Positions 9,908-20,192 of a stretch of 43,998 nt of DNA are shown piece after piece (positions within the stretch are counted from its first letter, which is position 1; each line of letters begins with the position of its first letter). The stretch lies in NCBI GenBank assembly GCA_018304505.1, contig JAGVWA010000006.1, positions 1-43,998 on the forward strand, given 5' to 3'. A program made the translations under genes and the position numbers. The notes under the pieces were generated by a model. It was not told the DNA's origin. It did not search any database and worked only from the letters and a program-made list of their open reading frames with translations. Source of the DNA: Nanobdellati archaeon (lineage in GTDB: Archaea > B1Sed10-29 > JAGVWA01).

Positions 9908-11372
9908 GTACCTTTAATTTAGAGAGAATCTCTTTTTCACTATGGTCTAAGATATTTAATTTTAAAATCAAGAAAAAATAAAACATTGCGCATAGGCCCC
10001 CGTATACTATTTTTGTGATTAATTCTTGAGGATTCATGTAAAAGAGGGTCACGCTGGCAGCAGCTGCTAGGATAGCAATTTTTAAAAGGTGAATAAACTG
10101 GATAGACAGCTTAATCTTGTTGGTTTTGCTCAGCATGAATAATAATATACTGTAGGAAATAGCGGTTGCTAAAACAGCGCCGGTGTATGAAAAAATTGGA
10201 ATGAGCAAATAACTTGATGCCAAGCTTGCCCCTGCGGCAGTAAGATGGGCCACAGCAATTCTTTTGGTGTTTCCTTGTACTATGTGGTTATAGATCAGGA
10301 GGTTTGTTGGAACTATTAATATTAATAATGGGATTATGAGCGTTATAATGTCAACGGATCTAAGATATTTTAAACCCCCTATCAATGAGATGTAAGCATC
10401 CCCGTTGAACAGCAAGACAAAAATAATAAGGGCACTTAATATTATGGCAAACTTGAGGTAAGTATTTGCTAATCGCTCTGCCAGCAAAATATTTTGTTTA
10501 TTATACGCTTCAACTATATACGCATAACTTATATTTAGGGGGATTCCGATTAGTAGGACGGCCATATTGAGAATAAAATAACTGAGCGCATAATATGAAA
10601 GGGCATCAAGACCTAAAAAGTATGTAATTATGATTTTGTCTGCATTTATGATCAATCCACTTCCAAGTACGTAAATAACCAAAGGTGACGAAAAGAGCAG
10701 CATTTGTTTTATGATATTTTTCTTCACTTTAAATGGTAAAAAGAGGGAATAATCCGCTGCAAGTATTGATACAAAAAGTGTGCAAAGCACCCCTACTGCC
10801 CAGACAGTCAGCAGTAATTCGACGTTCGCCTCACCAAATAAAATGAATACCCCAAAAGCGGCATACACCCAAAATGTTTTTAGTAGAAACTGCAGGAAAT
10901 GGTATAAAATTAGATTCTTGTTGACATACACTGAATTGTTAAGAAGCATCGCGAGGTTTGTTAGTATTAGTATAATACTACCAAGAAGTAGGGTATTAAT
11001 CTTTTCTGGGGAAACAAAATTAAATAAGTACTGTGCAGCCCAAATTAGTACTACTGCGATGATGGTAAGCGTCATTACTACAATTAGGGAGGTGCTGAAA
11101 ATATTTTTTGTTTGCTTATTTTCTATCCCAATTGTTTTCTTGGACACGAAACTGAATACCTCAAATAGGGTCAAGCTTGAAATAAAAGGGATTAGATTAT
11201 AGATCAAGGAAAAAAGTCCATAGTCTTCATGGGTAAGCGTTCTTAGTAAAAATGACATGAATAATGCTATCGAAACAAAATATGTGGCTTGAAGTAGATA
11301 TGTTGCTATTATTTGTTTCGCGACACGTTGTACAATAGACGCTGAATGAGATTTTTTATTAGAAACAATCAT
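9894..11372 (-). CDS. Wzx/MOP-family oligosaccharide flippase
   Basis: About 12-14 hydrophobic segments, N-terminal LLRTL..EDYGLF, D..II.YFLG..LSYY and LIP.FSYTGAVLAT patterns. Adjacent to aglB. Confidence 0.85.
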   Translation of the reverse strand: MIVSNKKSHSASIVQRVAKQIIATYLLQATYFVSIALFMSFLLRTLTHEDYGLFSLIYNLIPFISSLTLFEVFSFVSKKTIGIENKQTKNIFSTSLIVVMTLTIIAVVLIWAAQYLFNFVSPEKINTLLLGSIILILTNLAMLLNNSVYVNKNLILYHFLQFLLKTFWVYAAFGVFILFGEANVELLLTVWAVGVLCTLFVSILAADYSLFLPFKVKKNIIKQMLLFSSPLVIYVLGSGLIINADKIIITYFLGLDALSYYALSYFILNMAVLLIGIPLNISYAYIVEAYNKQNILLAERLANTYLKFAIILSALIIFVLLFNGDAYISLIGGLKYLRSVDIITLIIPLLILIVPTNLLIYNHIVQGNTKRIAVAHLTAAGASLASSYLLIPIFSYTGAVLATAISYSILLFMLSKTNKIKLSIQFIHLLKIAILAAAASVTLFYMNPQELITKIVYGGLCAMFYFFLILKLNILDHSEKEILSKLKVPIFF

Positions 11373-11427
11373 TTACTCGTCGCCGGATACATGTGGTATA
11401 ATATGATTAATAAATTAGCATTAATGC

Positions 11428-13824
11428 TTAAGTTTGGTTGGCTAGCTTATCACAGATTATCTTTGCGTTTCCTGTACATAACACTGAGTTTTGTTTTGTC
11501 CAGGCCGTGAATTCTGTAGGTTCAGGAATTGTGTTTTGGTCAATGATTTCATATATTACATTCCAGTCATTTTCGAATACGAGTTTGACGTGCTTTAGGT
11601 TTGGATCCTTGAGCCATAGTCTGTGAGCAAAGTCAAACAGAATTGGCGGGCTTGTGTTTGGCGTGAATTGTGATCCACAACCTATTGCAGGCATGAATAG
11701 TTGTTGCCCTTGGCTGTCTTCTTTTGCGAATGCTCTTATATCAATACCTGAAAGGCCGTAGTCAGCTGAATCTATTCCAGATGGCCAGAACTTTTGTTCT
11801 ACGGCTTCTTTCCACTGTTCGCTTGTGAAAGTCATGCCTAGGGGGTTGCCTTGTCCATCTGTGCCGATAGTACAGCTAATGCCCCCTTCCTGTTTAGAGC
11901 AACCTAATTGCTGGAAGCAGCCAGTCTGCACACCTGCAATATGAGCCAGAGCACCAAATTTTCCTCCAGTAAAACCAGCCACTATCTCTTTGTCAATTAG
12001 AATATGTGTCGTCTTTAAGGGCTTTAGCAGGGATAAGGATTCTAGTTCTGCTTGTTCAAGCGACCCGGCATCAATCGGGCAGTTAAATCTTATTGAACGG
12101 GGGTCTTGAGGATTAGTCTGCTCTGCAGCGCATTGAGGGGCATGAGTAAATGACGATGCCACAGTAAAGATGATGTCCATCCGGTCTTGGATGTTGTCAA
12201 GAGTTGTGTAAATTTGTCCACCGTTCCAGTAGTTCATCCAGTGGCCATAATCCCACCAGGCTGTAATGACAGAGTCCTTTTGCACGGTGTTTAAGAAATC
12301 AAATGTTTCAAACCACTCTTGTGGCACGTCGTATCCAAAACTTTGTGCAGCATTGCTTATGCCAAGTGACCCAGAAAGGAAAATTGCAATGCTGAAGAAG
12401 TATGCTCCAAGCAATAGGTGCTTTTTATACTGTTGATTTTTGAAAAACTTGGGAATTACGCGAATTACCTCGCTTAGGAGGTATGCAGCGCCGAATGCTA
12501 TGGTGCCTGCTAGGAAGAACATGGTTATTGACTTCTGTGTCAGTGTTTGTAGTGCGAATAATATAAAGCCAGAGGCTGTGATGTCCCATATATGCACTGA
12601 TTTTCGCATTGTGACTACATTGAACATGGTCTTTCCAAATGCTACGAGTCCGCCGATAAATGCAAGCCAGATTGTAATTCCAAATGTTCCGCTGAGCGTG
12701 TTTATCCTGCCAAGGAGGTCTCCGCCGCCAATAGGGTTCTGTTCTGCAATTGTCTGCCACATTCTTTGCTCGTATGGTAGATCAAGCCCAGTTGCCACCC
12801 CCGCTGGCGAAGTAACAAATGAGACCGCTGCACCGAGGAAATCAATGCCGTAGAAAATTGTTGTTATTCCCAGGGATACAGTTATAATTGCAAGAGATAA
12901 TGTTAGTTTATCTTGTTTAGTAAATCTCAAACCGTTTTTTGTGATGTAGAATCGTTCAAGCAATATGGCGGATACAGCGGTTACGGCGATAGCACCGAGT
13001 GATATAGGGTCTGGCGGTGATTTAAATAGGACTGTTCTTGTAAACACAGAAAGTAGTATTGGTATCAATGCTAACGTTAGATTTAATCTCTGCACTTCGC
13101 TGTTTTCAATAAACTGCCTATTACTCATGAATTTAGCGAAGATGGCTATTCCATAGAATGCAGCCACGGTTCCAGCTATTATTAGGGCGCTTACGCTGTA
13201 TGCCATCCACACAACAGAAAGCCATGAAAACAGCAAAAAGGAGAGTATTGATCTACCAAAGGTGAATTTTTTGCTGTTGTAAGCGAATGCTGTAAGGGTG
13301 AAGAAGAATAATGTTAAGCCAAGGGCATCATTTTCAGCATGGCCGAAAATTGAGTAGAATAAATGATTGCCTGAAATGGATAAGAGCAAGGCTGCAAAGA
13401 GGCCCGTTGTGCGGTTAAATGCAATTCTGCCAAATGCGTATATTCCAACAACAGCTAGAGATCCAACAATGGCCGTCATCCACGATGTTATAAAGCCAAA
13501 ATGATCAAAGTTAAATGGTGCTGCTGCACCGCCAGTAAATTTATAGATCACGGCATTTATACCCCACCATCCGATGTCACCGCCGCACCTGATTCCGCGG
13601 CCCCACGGATGGTCAGTTACATTTTCCAGTAAGCAGTCAAAGGGGAAATTTCCTTTTTCTCCGGTTATCATGTATTTTGTCATTCGTGAGCCCCAGTAAG
13701 AATCAAAGCCATATATGTTTGGGAAAGCGTCACTTGGAAAGGTACGGATTCCAAAGGTTATCAGGAAGACTCCAATGATAATCAGTACATCTAGACGATA
13801 TCGTGTTATGCGAGTTAGGTTCAT
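11428..13824 (-). CDS. aglB: Oligosaccharyltransferase AglB (STT3 family)
   Basis: GFDSYW in external loop 1, GHAEND, TIAE (TIxE) motif, catalytic WWDYG, DK-type motif, and a multi-TM N-terminal half. Confidence 0.92.
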   Translation of the reverse strand: MNLTRITRYRLDVLIIIGVFLITFGIRTFPSDAFPNIYGFDSYWGSRMTKYMITGEKGNFPFDCLLENVTDHPWGRGIRCGGDIGWWGINAVIYKFTGGAAAPFNFDHFGFITSWMTAIVGSLAVVGIYAFGRIAFNRTTGLFAALLLSISGNHLFYSIFGHAENDALGLTLFFFTLTAFAYNSKKFTFGRSILSFLLFSWLSVVWMAYSVSALIIAGTVAAFYGIAIFAKFMSNRQFIENSEVQRLNLTLALIPILLSVFTRTVLFKSPPDPISLGAIAVTAVSAILLERFYITKNGLRFTKQDKLTLSLAIITVSLGITTIFYGIDFLGAAVSFVTSPAGVATGLDLPYEQRMWQTIAEQNPIGGGDLLGRINTLSGTFGITIWLAFIGGLVAFGKTMFNVVTMRKSVHIWDITASGFILFALQTLTQKSITMFFLAGTIAFGAAYLLSEVIRVIPKFFKNQQYKKHLLLGAYFFSIAIFLSGSLGISNAAQSFGYDVPQEWFETFDFLNTVQKDSVITAWWDYGHWMNYWNGGQIYTTLDNIQDRMDIIFTVASSFTHAPQCAAEQTNPQDPRSIRFNCPIDAGSLEQAELESLSLLKPLKTTHILIDKEIVAGFTGGKFGALAHIAGVQTGCFQQLGCSKQEGGISCTIGTDGQGNPLGMTFTSEQWKEAVEQKFWPSGIDSADYGLSGIDIRAFAKEDSQGQQLFMPAIGCGSQFTPNTSPPILFDFAHRLWLKDPNLKHVKLVFENDWNVIYEIIDQNTIPEPTEFTAWTKQNSVLCTGNAKIICDKLANQT

Positions 13825-13898
13825 AAAAAATCATCAGTTTTTGTTGCTACATAATGTTGTGCGTACTTGTCAATAAAAAGGTATGGTCTCTTTGATAG

Positions 13899-14918
13899 TT
13901 ATACATAAAAGCTGATAACACCTAATACAATTAGCACTGTAATAAATACATATGGTATTTGGTGCTCTTTTAGATTCCAAAGGGTCATTGGCACATGTGT
14001 CAGCGATTCAATTCGATCATTTTTAGGTTTGAGGTAGCCTTCTTTTGTAAGTTTTCCGAGGCTTGTGGCTCTGAATTTTCTTTTTGCTTTCAGGAATGCT
14101 TCGACAATCCAGGGTATGAATATTATTATGCCTGCTTTTTCGATGTTGCCTATGATTACAACGGTTGCGATGAGGGCGCCGGAGAGATATGTTAGTGAGT
14201 CGCCGGGAAGTATCTTTGCTGGTGCCCAGTTGAATTTAAGGAACGCTAAGAGCGCTGCGACTGAGATGAATGCTATTGCTGCGGCTTCTGTTGCGCCCAC
14301 GTTTAGCGCATGCACACCAAGAAAAAATAATGCTATTGTGGCCATGCTCGCCTCCAGGCCATTTTGCCCAGCCAACATGTTTGTGGCGTTCGAGACGCTG
14401 AGTACTCCGATTGGTATTAATAATAATGGATATAGTATGCCAAGTTCAATTGCTCCAAAGAACGGTAATGTTAAAACGCTGTGCCCTGCGTTAATGGCCA
14501 TTAATGGGATTGCAGCCGGTAGCACAGATAGTGCTTTGGTTTTTTGCGTCAATCCAATACGCAACACGTCATCCCCATTGGTTAGATTGCGTGTTCCCCA
14601 TGGCCTGTTTACGTAAATGTCATCTATGAAACCAATAATGGATATAGTTAAAATCGATAGTAAGCCTGCAAAAATAAGCGTTAAGTTGATGTTATTTAAT
14701 GGGAGAAATACATTCAATCCGACGTACAGCAGTACGCCTATAAAGATGCCTATAGCTACCATTACTCCACCAGATGTTGGGAGCACGGGTTTATTTTTTT
14801 TTTGTTGATCTATGCCAACGATTCCAGTGTTTCTAAGGTAGGAAATTACCTTTGGGCCTATTAGGAGCAAGGTTGCTATGGCAGCTATACACGAAAAAAG
14901 AATTGGATGGACGGACAT
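13899..14918 (-). CDS. UDP-GlcNAc:dolichyl-phosphate GlcNAc-1-P transferase (GPT/AglH-like, MraY superfamily)
   Basis: GIDQQK..P.LPTSGG, GFIDD, NATNMLAGQNGLE, FNW.PAKILPGDS; multi-TM. Confidence 0.9.
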   Translation of the reverse strand: MSVHPILFSCIAAIATLLLIGPKVISYLRNTGIVGIDQQKKNKPVLPTSGGVMVAIGIFIGVLLYVGLNVFLPLNNINLTLIFAGLLSILTISIIGFIDDIYVNRPWGTRNLTNGDDVLRIGLTQKTKALSVLPAAIPLMAINAGHSVLTLPFFGAIELGILYPLLLIPIGVLSVSNATNMLAGQNGLEASMATIALFFLGVHALNVGATEAAAIAFISVAALLAFLKFNWAPAKILPGDSLTYLSGALIATVVIIGNIEKAGIIIFIPWIVEAFLKAKRKFRATSLGKLTKEGYLKPKNDRIESLTHVPMTLWNLKEHQIPYVFITVLIVLGVISFYV

Positions 14919-14944
14919 TTTTGCACTCTCTCGTTATCTGGAAT

Positions 14945-15055
14945 TCACTTTAGGTATTTAGACAAGACGGTCATACTCATGTGGTCTATCATCATGTGTA
15001 TGCCCTCTGCTTCAAACATTGATGTGTCTCTAGCGTTGATCCTTGGCTGGGCCAT
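14945..15055 (-). CDS. Possible small ORF (36 aa, MAQPRINARDTSMFEAEGIHMMIDHMSMTVLSKYLK)
   Basis: ATG preceded by GTGAAGGA in a ~330-bp gap between co-oriented genes. No recognisable domain; the region could instead be non-coding. Confidence 0.25.
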   Translation of the reverse strand: MAQPRINARDTSMFEAEGIHMMIDHMSMTVLSKYLK

Positions 15056-15246
15056 TATCCTTCACTGTCTTGCGCGTAGCCCATTTGTTTGATCATCGCT
15101 TGTTTAAATTTTGGACACTCTAGTTTATTAAAGTTGTCTGATTGTGGTCTGTGAGATCGAGTTTTTAGGCATCTGTGTATTATGGTTATTACTGGTATAT
15201 ATTGCTGATAATATATTTAATGTGCTTTAAAAATGCGAGTTCAATA

Positions 15247-17196
15247 TTATTTGTTTTTTATGAGTATTGTTATGGGGATATAATTCGATAAAACGTGGTC
15301 TTTGGTTATTACTATTATCTCTTGCAGTATTTGGGTGGGTCCTGAATTAAATACATAGATGTATACTTCATATTCCCCGAATTGTAGCAAGTCACTCTTT
15401 TTTCCAGACAATTGAGCTGCTGAGGCACCCCCCATTGCGATTAATCGTTGCCGTTTGTCAGCCGCATAAGCATCAATTGAGTTATATGTTTTTGAGTCAA
15501 AGGTTTCAAGTACTGCTTGCCCCTTATTGCTAAACCCATTGTTTAACAGCTCACTGATAACTGTGTCTTGGTCTTGTCTATAGATCGGCACTAAGACAAT
15601 GTCTGAGGCCAACAGGGCACTTGCATTAACGCTATTGCTGTCTACGAATTCTGCGCGTTTGCCAACACTGTGTACCGCCGCAGTTATGGGATTGCTTGAA
15701 ACTGTCGAGTTTTTATTTTGTCCTCCACTGCTATAACTGATAAGTTGTTGTGGCAATGCGATTGTTATTTCATCATTTGTGGTTTGCTTAGCAATGTTTT
15801 GCATCAGAGCTATTGCACTGTTATCTGTTTTTATCTTGATGTTAGGGTAGTATGAAACAACAGATGCTAACACAAAAATAGTTAGTATAATAGCATTTAG
15901 TTTTTTAACGTTAATATTGATTTGGGGCAGTGTTGGCTTCCAGTTGTATAAAATTGAGGAAATCGCTATGCCTGCAAAGAATATCTGATAAAATTCAAAA
16001 TAAAATTTGTATCTGAGCAGGTATGGAAGTAGGGAGTGCAAGGCTGTTGTAGCAAGGCCAAGTAAGATTATTGGGGCTAGAATTTTTATTTTCTTTGTTT
16101 CAAATGCTTTGTAGAGCCCGATAATGAAGAGTACAAGCAGGATAGTCTGGTAAAGTATGGTGTTGTCTATTTCTGATTGCGACATTACCCTCTGCGAGTA
16201 TTCTGTGTTTGGTAAAAGCCAGTAATACAAGAACTGCATCTGTTTTCCTATTGTTTCTAGTGGGTGGGATGTTGAGTAATCTAATGCGTACTGGAACCAT
16301 GTATTTGCTAATACTTCTGGATCGCTCATGTTAATGCCTCTTTCTGTTGCCCACGCATTCACTGGTTCTGAGCTCACAGACGTATATCTGCTTGTATAAA
16401 AGATGGAGCTCTCATTGCTTGGGTTATTTCGTAGATAGAAATTCCCGCCCCTGTGGCCTGCTGGAAATGGCGCGCTGTAGCCTGTTTGAGATGAATAAAA
16501 GCTGCTTGCTAATCCTAGAAGAATGAACGTGGCGGCAAGGATTACCGCTATCGGCTTTGCTGAATCCTTGATTTTTAGAATAGCTCCCTCTTTCTTGTTT
16601 AATAAGATTATTGAAAAAATTGCGATTGGTATGTAGATAATCAACCAAGCGTTTATTTCAGCAGCGATAAATGTCGGAAATGCTATTAGCATGGAATAAA
16701 CAGCCATCAAAGCATGTTGGTTTGGCTTTAATTCCGTTAATTTGTATGTGGCATAAATCGCTATCAGTAAATAGAAAAACATTGCCATCTCCTTAAAGAG
16801 GAATGTTGAGTAAAACGAAGCTTCTGGACTGATCATAAAAATTAATCCGCTAGCATAAGCGGCGGTTTTATCAATCCAGTTATATAGAATTAAAAATATT
16901 AAGAGGGCGATCGCCGCTGCCAAAATAACATTGATTACATGCCCTATTGCTGGGCTTGTGCCAAATATTTTGTAAGCCATAGCAAGTGTCAAAGCATATC
17001 CTGAAGGTAAGTTGATGCCCCCCATCCATTCATTGTTTAGGGCGAAATATGAGGCCGTGTTATGCATGTCAATTGGGTCAATGCTATCTGGATTTACTGA
17101 GTTTGCTATAGAGGGGCCTAGCTTTATGAATGTTGTTATGAAAATAAGCAGGAGGAAAATCGAAAAATATTTGTTCTGGATAAGCCGTTTAGACAT
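15247..17196 (-). CDS. GT-C membrane glycosyltransferase (ArnT/PMT-like) with C-terminal soluble domain
   Basis: Asp in the first loop (DPIDMH), PSGY..LA..YKIFG, S..L.KE and RY motifs, multiple TMs. Confidence 0.72.
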   Translation of the reverse strand: MSKRLIQNKYFSIFLLLIFITTFIKLGPSIANSVNPDSIDPIDMHNTASYFALNNEWMGGINLPSGYALTLAMAYKIFGTSPAIGHVINVILAAAIALLIFLILYNWIDKTAAYASGLIFMISPEASFYSTFLFKEMAMFFYLLIAIYATYKLTELKPNQHALMAVYSMLIAFPTFIAAEINAWLIIYIPIAIFSIILLNKKEGAILKIKDSAKPIAVILAATFILLGLASSFYSSQTGYSAPFPAGHRGGNFYLRNNPSNESSIFYTSRYTSVSSEPVNAWATERGINMSDPEVLANTWFQYALDYSTSHPLETIGKQMQFLYYWLLPNTEYSQRVMSQSEIDNTILYQTILLVLFIIGLYKAFETKKIKILAPIILLGLATTALHSLLPYLLRYKFYFEFYQIFFAGIAISSILYNWKPTLPQININVKKLNAIILTIFVLASVVSYYPNIKIKTDNSAIALMQNIAKQTTNDEITIALPQQLISYSSGGQNKNSTVSSNPITAAVHSVGKRAEFVDSNSVNASALLASDIVLVPIYRQDQDTVISELLNNGFSNKGQAVLETFDSKTYNSIDAYAADKRQRLIAMGGASAAQLSGKKSDLLQFGEYEVYIYVFNSGPTQILQEIIVITKDHVLSNYIPITILIKNK

Positions 17197-17292
17197 ACCG
17201 CTTTTATAGTCTAAAGCATATATTACTCTTATGGTGTTTAATGTTGTAGTGTATCGGTTTTATATACAAACGGATAGTAAAAAATGTGAGAA

Positions 17293-18279
17293 TTGATGGG
17301 GCGTGCAGTTTTTATTGGAAATTCAAAGTTCTTGTTGCTCATACTAATGGGTATGGCGTTGCTTGGTTTTCTTTTCTTAAACGTTGAGCTCGACAAGGTT
17401 TTCGCGCTGCTATCCGGGGCTCCGCCAGAAATTCTATTAGGGATATTGGCTCTTGATGGGTTGATATTGCTGGTCAGAATTGCGCGTTGGTCATACTTAT
17501 TGAAGCCATTCAACTTGAATATTTCTAGGTATCATAAAGTCTCGTCATACCTTGGTTCTTTGTTTATTTCTAATGTGACCCCTGCCAGGGTCGGTGAAAT
17601 GTCGCGTGCTTACTTTATTAAAAAGAGGTATGGGGGCAACATGTCCAATTTGGTTCCATTAATCATTGTCGAACGTTTCTTAGACATTGGCACCTTGATA
17701 GCTTTTTCAATTGTATCTCTCGTGATGTTCTCTGGTGCGATAGTAAATTCATTTTTTTTCGTTATTGGAATCGCATCTGTTATATTAGCGCTTAGTGTTT
17801 ATATCGTTTTCAACAAGTCATTTTTCAGGTGGTTTGTAAAGAAGTTCTTCTCAGCATTCCGTTTTTCAAAAAGAGTCACTAAATATGAAAAGCAAGCTGC
17901 TGAGTCAATAGGCAAGTTTTACAATGGAGTTTTCCAATTAAAGAACTCTAATTTTCTCGTGATCTCGATGTTTACATTTATAAGCTGGATTTTAGAGGCC
18001 ATGATTCTATTCTTTGTTGGCGTAGCTATTGTTCCGTCGTTATTTACCCCTGGCTTTTTCTTGATTAGCATTGGCTTCACAGCTGTGGCCATTATAGGGG
18101 GTACCTTAAGTAGCTTGCCAGGGGCCTTGGGCTCACTTGAAGCCATACTCTTTACCATGTTCGCATTGCTTGGATTTACAGGGGAGGTCGCGTTGTCAAT
18201 AGCTTTGCTTTATAGGTTTATGTCATATGTTTTAGTAATGGGTTTTTCGTCAGTGTTCTTTGTCCGAGAGATGGTGTAG
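17293..18279 (+). CDS. Lysylphosphatidylglycerol-synthase TM / AglD2-like flippase-type membrane protein (UPF0104)
   Basis: R..RW..LL, SNVTPARVGE..R, ERFLD, PGALG..E, YR motifs. Confidence 0.88.
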   Translation: MMGRAVFIGNSKFLLLILMGMALLGFLFLNVELDKVFALLSGAPPEILLGILALDGLILLVRIARWSYLLKPFNLNISRYHKVSSYLGSLFISNVTPARVGEMSRAYFIKKRYGGNMSNLVPLIIVERFLDIGTLIAFSIVSLVMFSGAIVNSFFFVIGIASVILALSVYIVFNKSFFRWFVKKFFSAFRFSKRVTKYEKQAAESIGKFYNGVFQLKNSNFLVISMFTFISWILEAMILFFVGVAIVPSLFTPGFFLISIGFTAVAIIGGTLSSLPGALGSLEAILFTMFALLGFTGEVALSIALLYRFMSYVLVMGFSSVFFVREMV

Positions 18280-18354
18280 CTGATTGGATTGGCGAGGGAT
18301 AAAGGATAACCAATAAGCTTATAAATATAGCCTTCAAGAGTTAATGTGGTAAGA

Positions 18355-19065
18355 ATGAGTATATCGATAATAATTCCTGTACACAATGAAATATCTAGGC
18401 TTGAGGATTGTGTAAAAAATGTTGAAAAACAGCTCGGGCGACGTGATTTCGAGATCTTGCTGATGGAGGATGCGTCTACCGACGGAACCGCTGATCTTGC
18501 AGCTGATCTAGCGAAGGGGGATAAACGGATTAAGCATATTCATTCAAATATAAAGATGGGAAAAGGCAATGCAATAAAGCGTGGTTTTCAGCTCGCTACA
18601 GGGAGAATTTTGGCTTTCCTTGATTCCGATGAATCAACAGACACCAGTTATCTCCCCCTCTTAATTGAAACAGCTGAAAAGCACGGCATTGCCATTGGGT
18701 CCAGATACATGCGAGGGAGCAAGGCAAAGCGCATCTTTAAGAGAAACGTTATAAGTCGAGTATATAATCTGCTTTTGGCGATTTTATTTAGCTCAAAAAT
18801 CAAGGATCACCAGTGTGGGTTCAAAGCTTTTAAAAAGGAGATTGCCTATAAGCTTATAAAAGAGTGTAGGAATGACAGATGGTCCTTTGATACTGAAATG
18901 CTTCTACTGGCTCAGCGTCAAAAATACCCTGTAACGGAAATTCCTGTGCTATGGGATGAACATCCAGACACCACAAATATACATGTCGTAAGGGACTCGA
19001 TACGATTCATTATAGATATTATAAAGCTAAGGGTACGTTTCTGGACCCAGGGCTCAACAGCGTAA
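18355..19065 (+). CDS. GT2 dolichyl-phosphate sugar synthase (AglD/Dpm1-like)
   Basis: SIIIPVHNE, EDASTDGT, GKGNA, FLDSD, GSRY, DHQCGFKAF, W.FDTE. Confidence 0.9.
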   Translation: MSISIIIPVHNEISRLEDCVKNVEKQLGRRDFEILLMEDASTDGTADLAADLAKGDKRIKHIHSNIKMGKGNAIKRGFQLATGRILAFLDSDESTDTSYLPLLIETAEKHGIAIGSRYMRGSKAKRIFKRNVISRVYNLLLAILFSSKIKDHQCGFKAFKKEIAYKLIKECRNDRWSFDTEMLLLAQRQKYPVTEIPVLWDEHPDTTNIHVVRDSIRFIIDIIKLRVRFWTQGSTA

Positions 19066-19066
19066 C

Positions 19067-20182
19067 GTGATAAATATGAAGAAAAGTTTTTACCCAAAGT
19101 TCATGCTGAAATTGCTCACCACTCGGGCATTCAAACAAATAGGGTATCCAAAACAGGTCCCTTACAAGCTAACTTTCGTAGTCACTAATAAGTGTAATTC
19201 CCATTGTGAAACCTGTTTCATTTGGGACATATACCGGCAAGACGTCACCAAACTCAAGGATGAGTTGAAAACGGAAGAGTTCACCAAAATCTTAGATTCA
19301 ATGAAAAATGACTTATTCTGGCTCAACATTACCGGTGGAGAACCGACAATGCGCACTGACCTGCCGGATATTGTAAAATACGCATCTGACAACTGCAAAA
19401 ACCTTGGCATGATAAACTTCCCATGCAATGGAATTGTCCCGCGGATAGTCATTGACTCGTACACAAAGATTATTGAATCAGTGCGGTCAGACATTGATGT
19501 GTATGTAACCCTGAGTTTGGATGGCCCTAAAGAGGTTCATGACAAGGTTCGGGGCACAGCAGGCAACTATGATTCAGTAATGGCCTGTTTTGAGGGCCTG
19601 AAAAAGCTTGAAGAAAAGCACAAAAACTTTCATATAAATTTTCAAGCAACAGTAAGTAAGCTGAACATTGATTCAATAAAGGGACACATAGATGATATTT
19701 ACAAGCTTGCTGACTTCAACATAATAACATTTGCCCAAGAAGCTTACTTGTTTAAGAACAAGAACAAGAGCATAACAATTGTCGGTCAAGATACGTATAA
19801 GAAAAAACTCGTAGATGCAATACACTATGCTCTTGAAAAAATCAAGGTTGACACGCCTCAAAAAGTTATACAAAAAATTTATCTTAAATTGGCTATTGAG
19901 TTCCTCCAAACTGGAAAACTGCCCATAGCGTGTTCTTCCTCATTTGCAACCGTGACAGTTGATCCGTATGGCGAAGTGACGCCATGCCCGTTCATGGGAA
20001 CGTCTGTAGGAAACTTAAAAAACTACAACTACAACATGAAGCAAGTAATGTATGACCATGAAGCAGTAAAACTTCAAAACCAGTTAAGGAAGGGCAAGTG
20101 CCCGGAGTGCTGGATGAACTGTGAAGCCTATCCGAGTATCTTCGATCAGTTTTTGCCAGCTATGATAAAGTACGCTACGTGA
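19067..20182 (+). CDS. Radical SAM protein with C-terminal SPASM/Twitch-like domain
   Basis: CNSHCETC (CxxxCxxC), ITGGEP, SLDG..HD..RG, and C-terminal C..VDPYGEV.PC...CPECWMNC. Confidence 0.9.
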   Translation: MINMKKSFYPKFMLKLLTTRAFKQIGYPKQVPYKLTFVVTNKCNSHCETCFIWDIYRQDVTKLKDELKTEEFTKILDSMKNDLFWLNITGGEPTMRTDLPDIVKYASDNCKNLGMINFPCNGIVPRIVIDSYTKIIESVRSDIDVYVTLSLDGPKEVHDKVRGTAGNYDSVMACFEGLKKLEEKHKNFHINFQATVSKLNIDSIKGHIDDIYKLADFNIITFAQEAYLFKNKNKSITIVGQDTYKKKLVDAIHYALEKIKVDTPQKVIQKIYLKLAIEFLQTGKLPIACSSSFATVTVDPYGEVTPCPFMGTSVGNLKNYNYNMKQVMYDHEAVKLQNQLRKGKCPECWMNCEAYPSIFDQFLPAMIKYAT

Positions 20183-20192
20183 AGTGAGGCAA

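Noticed and set aside
14065-14808. Plus-strand ORFs opposite the GPT gene, and similar short antisense ORFs across the window
   Set aside because: They lie wholly antisense to well-supported genes and carry no motifs.
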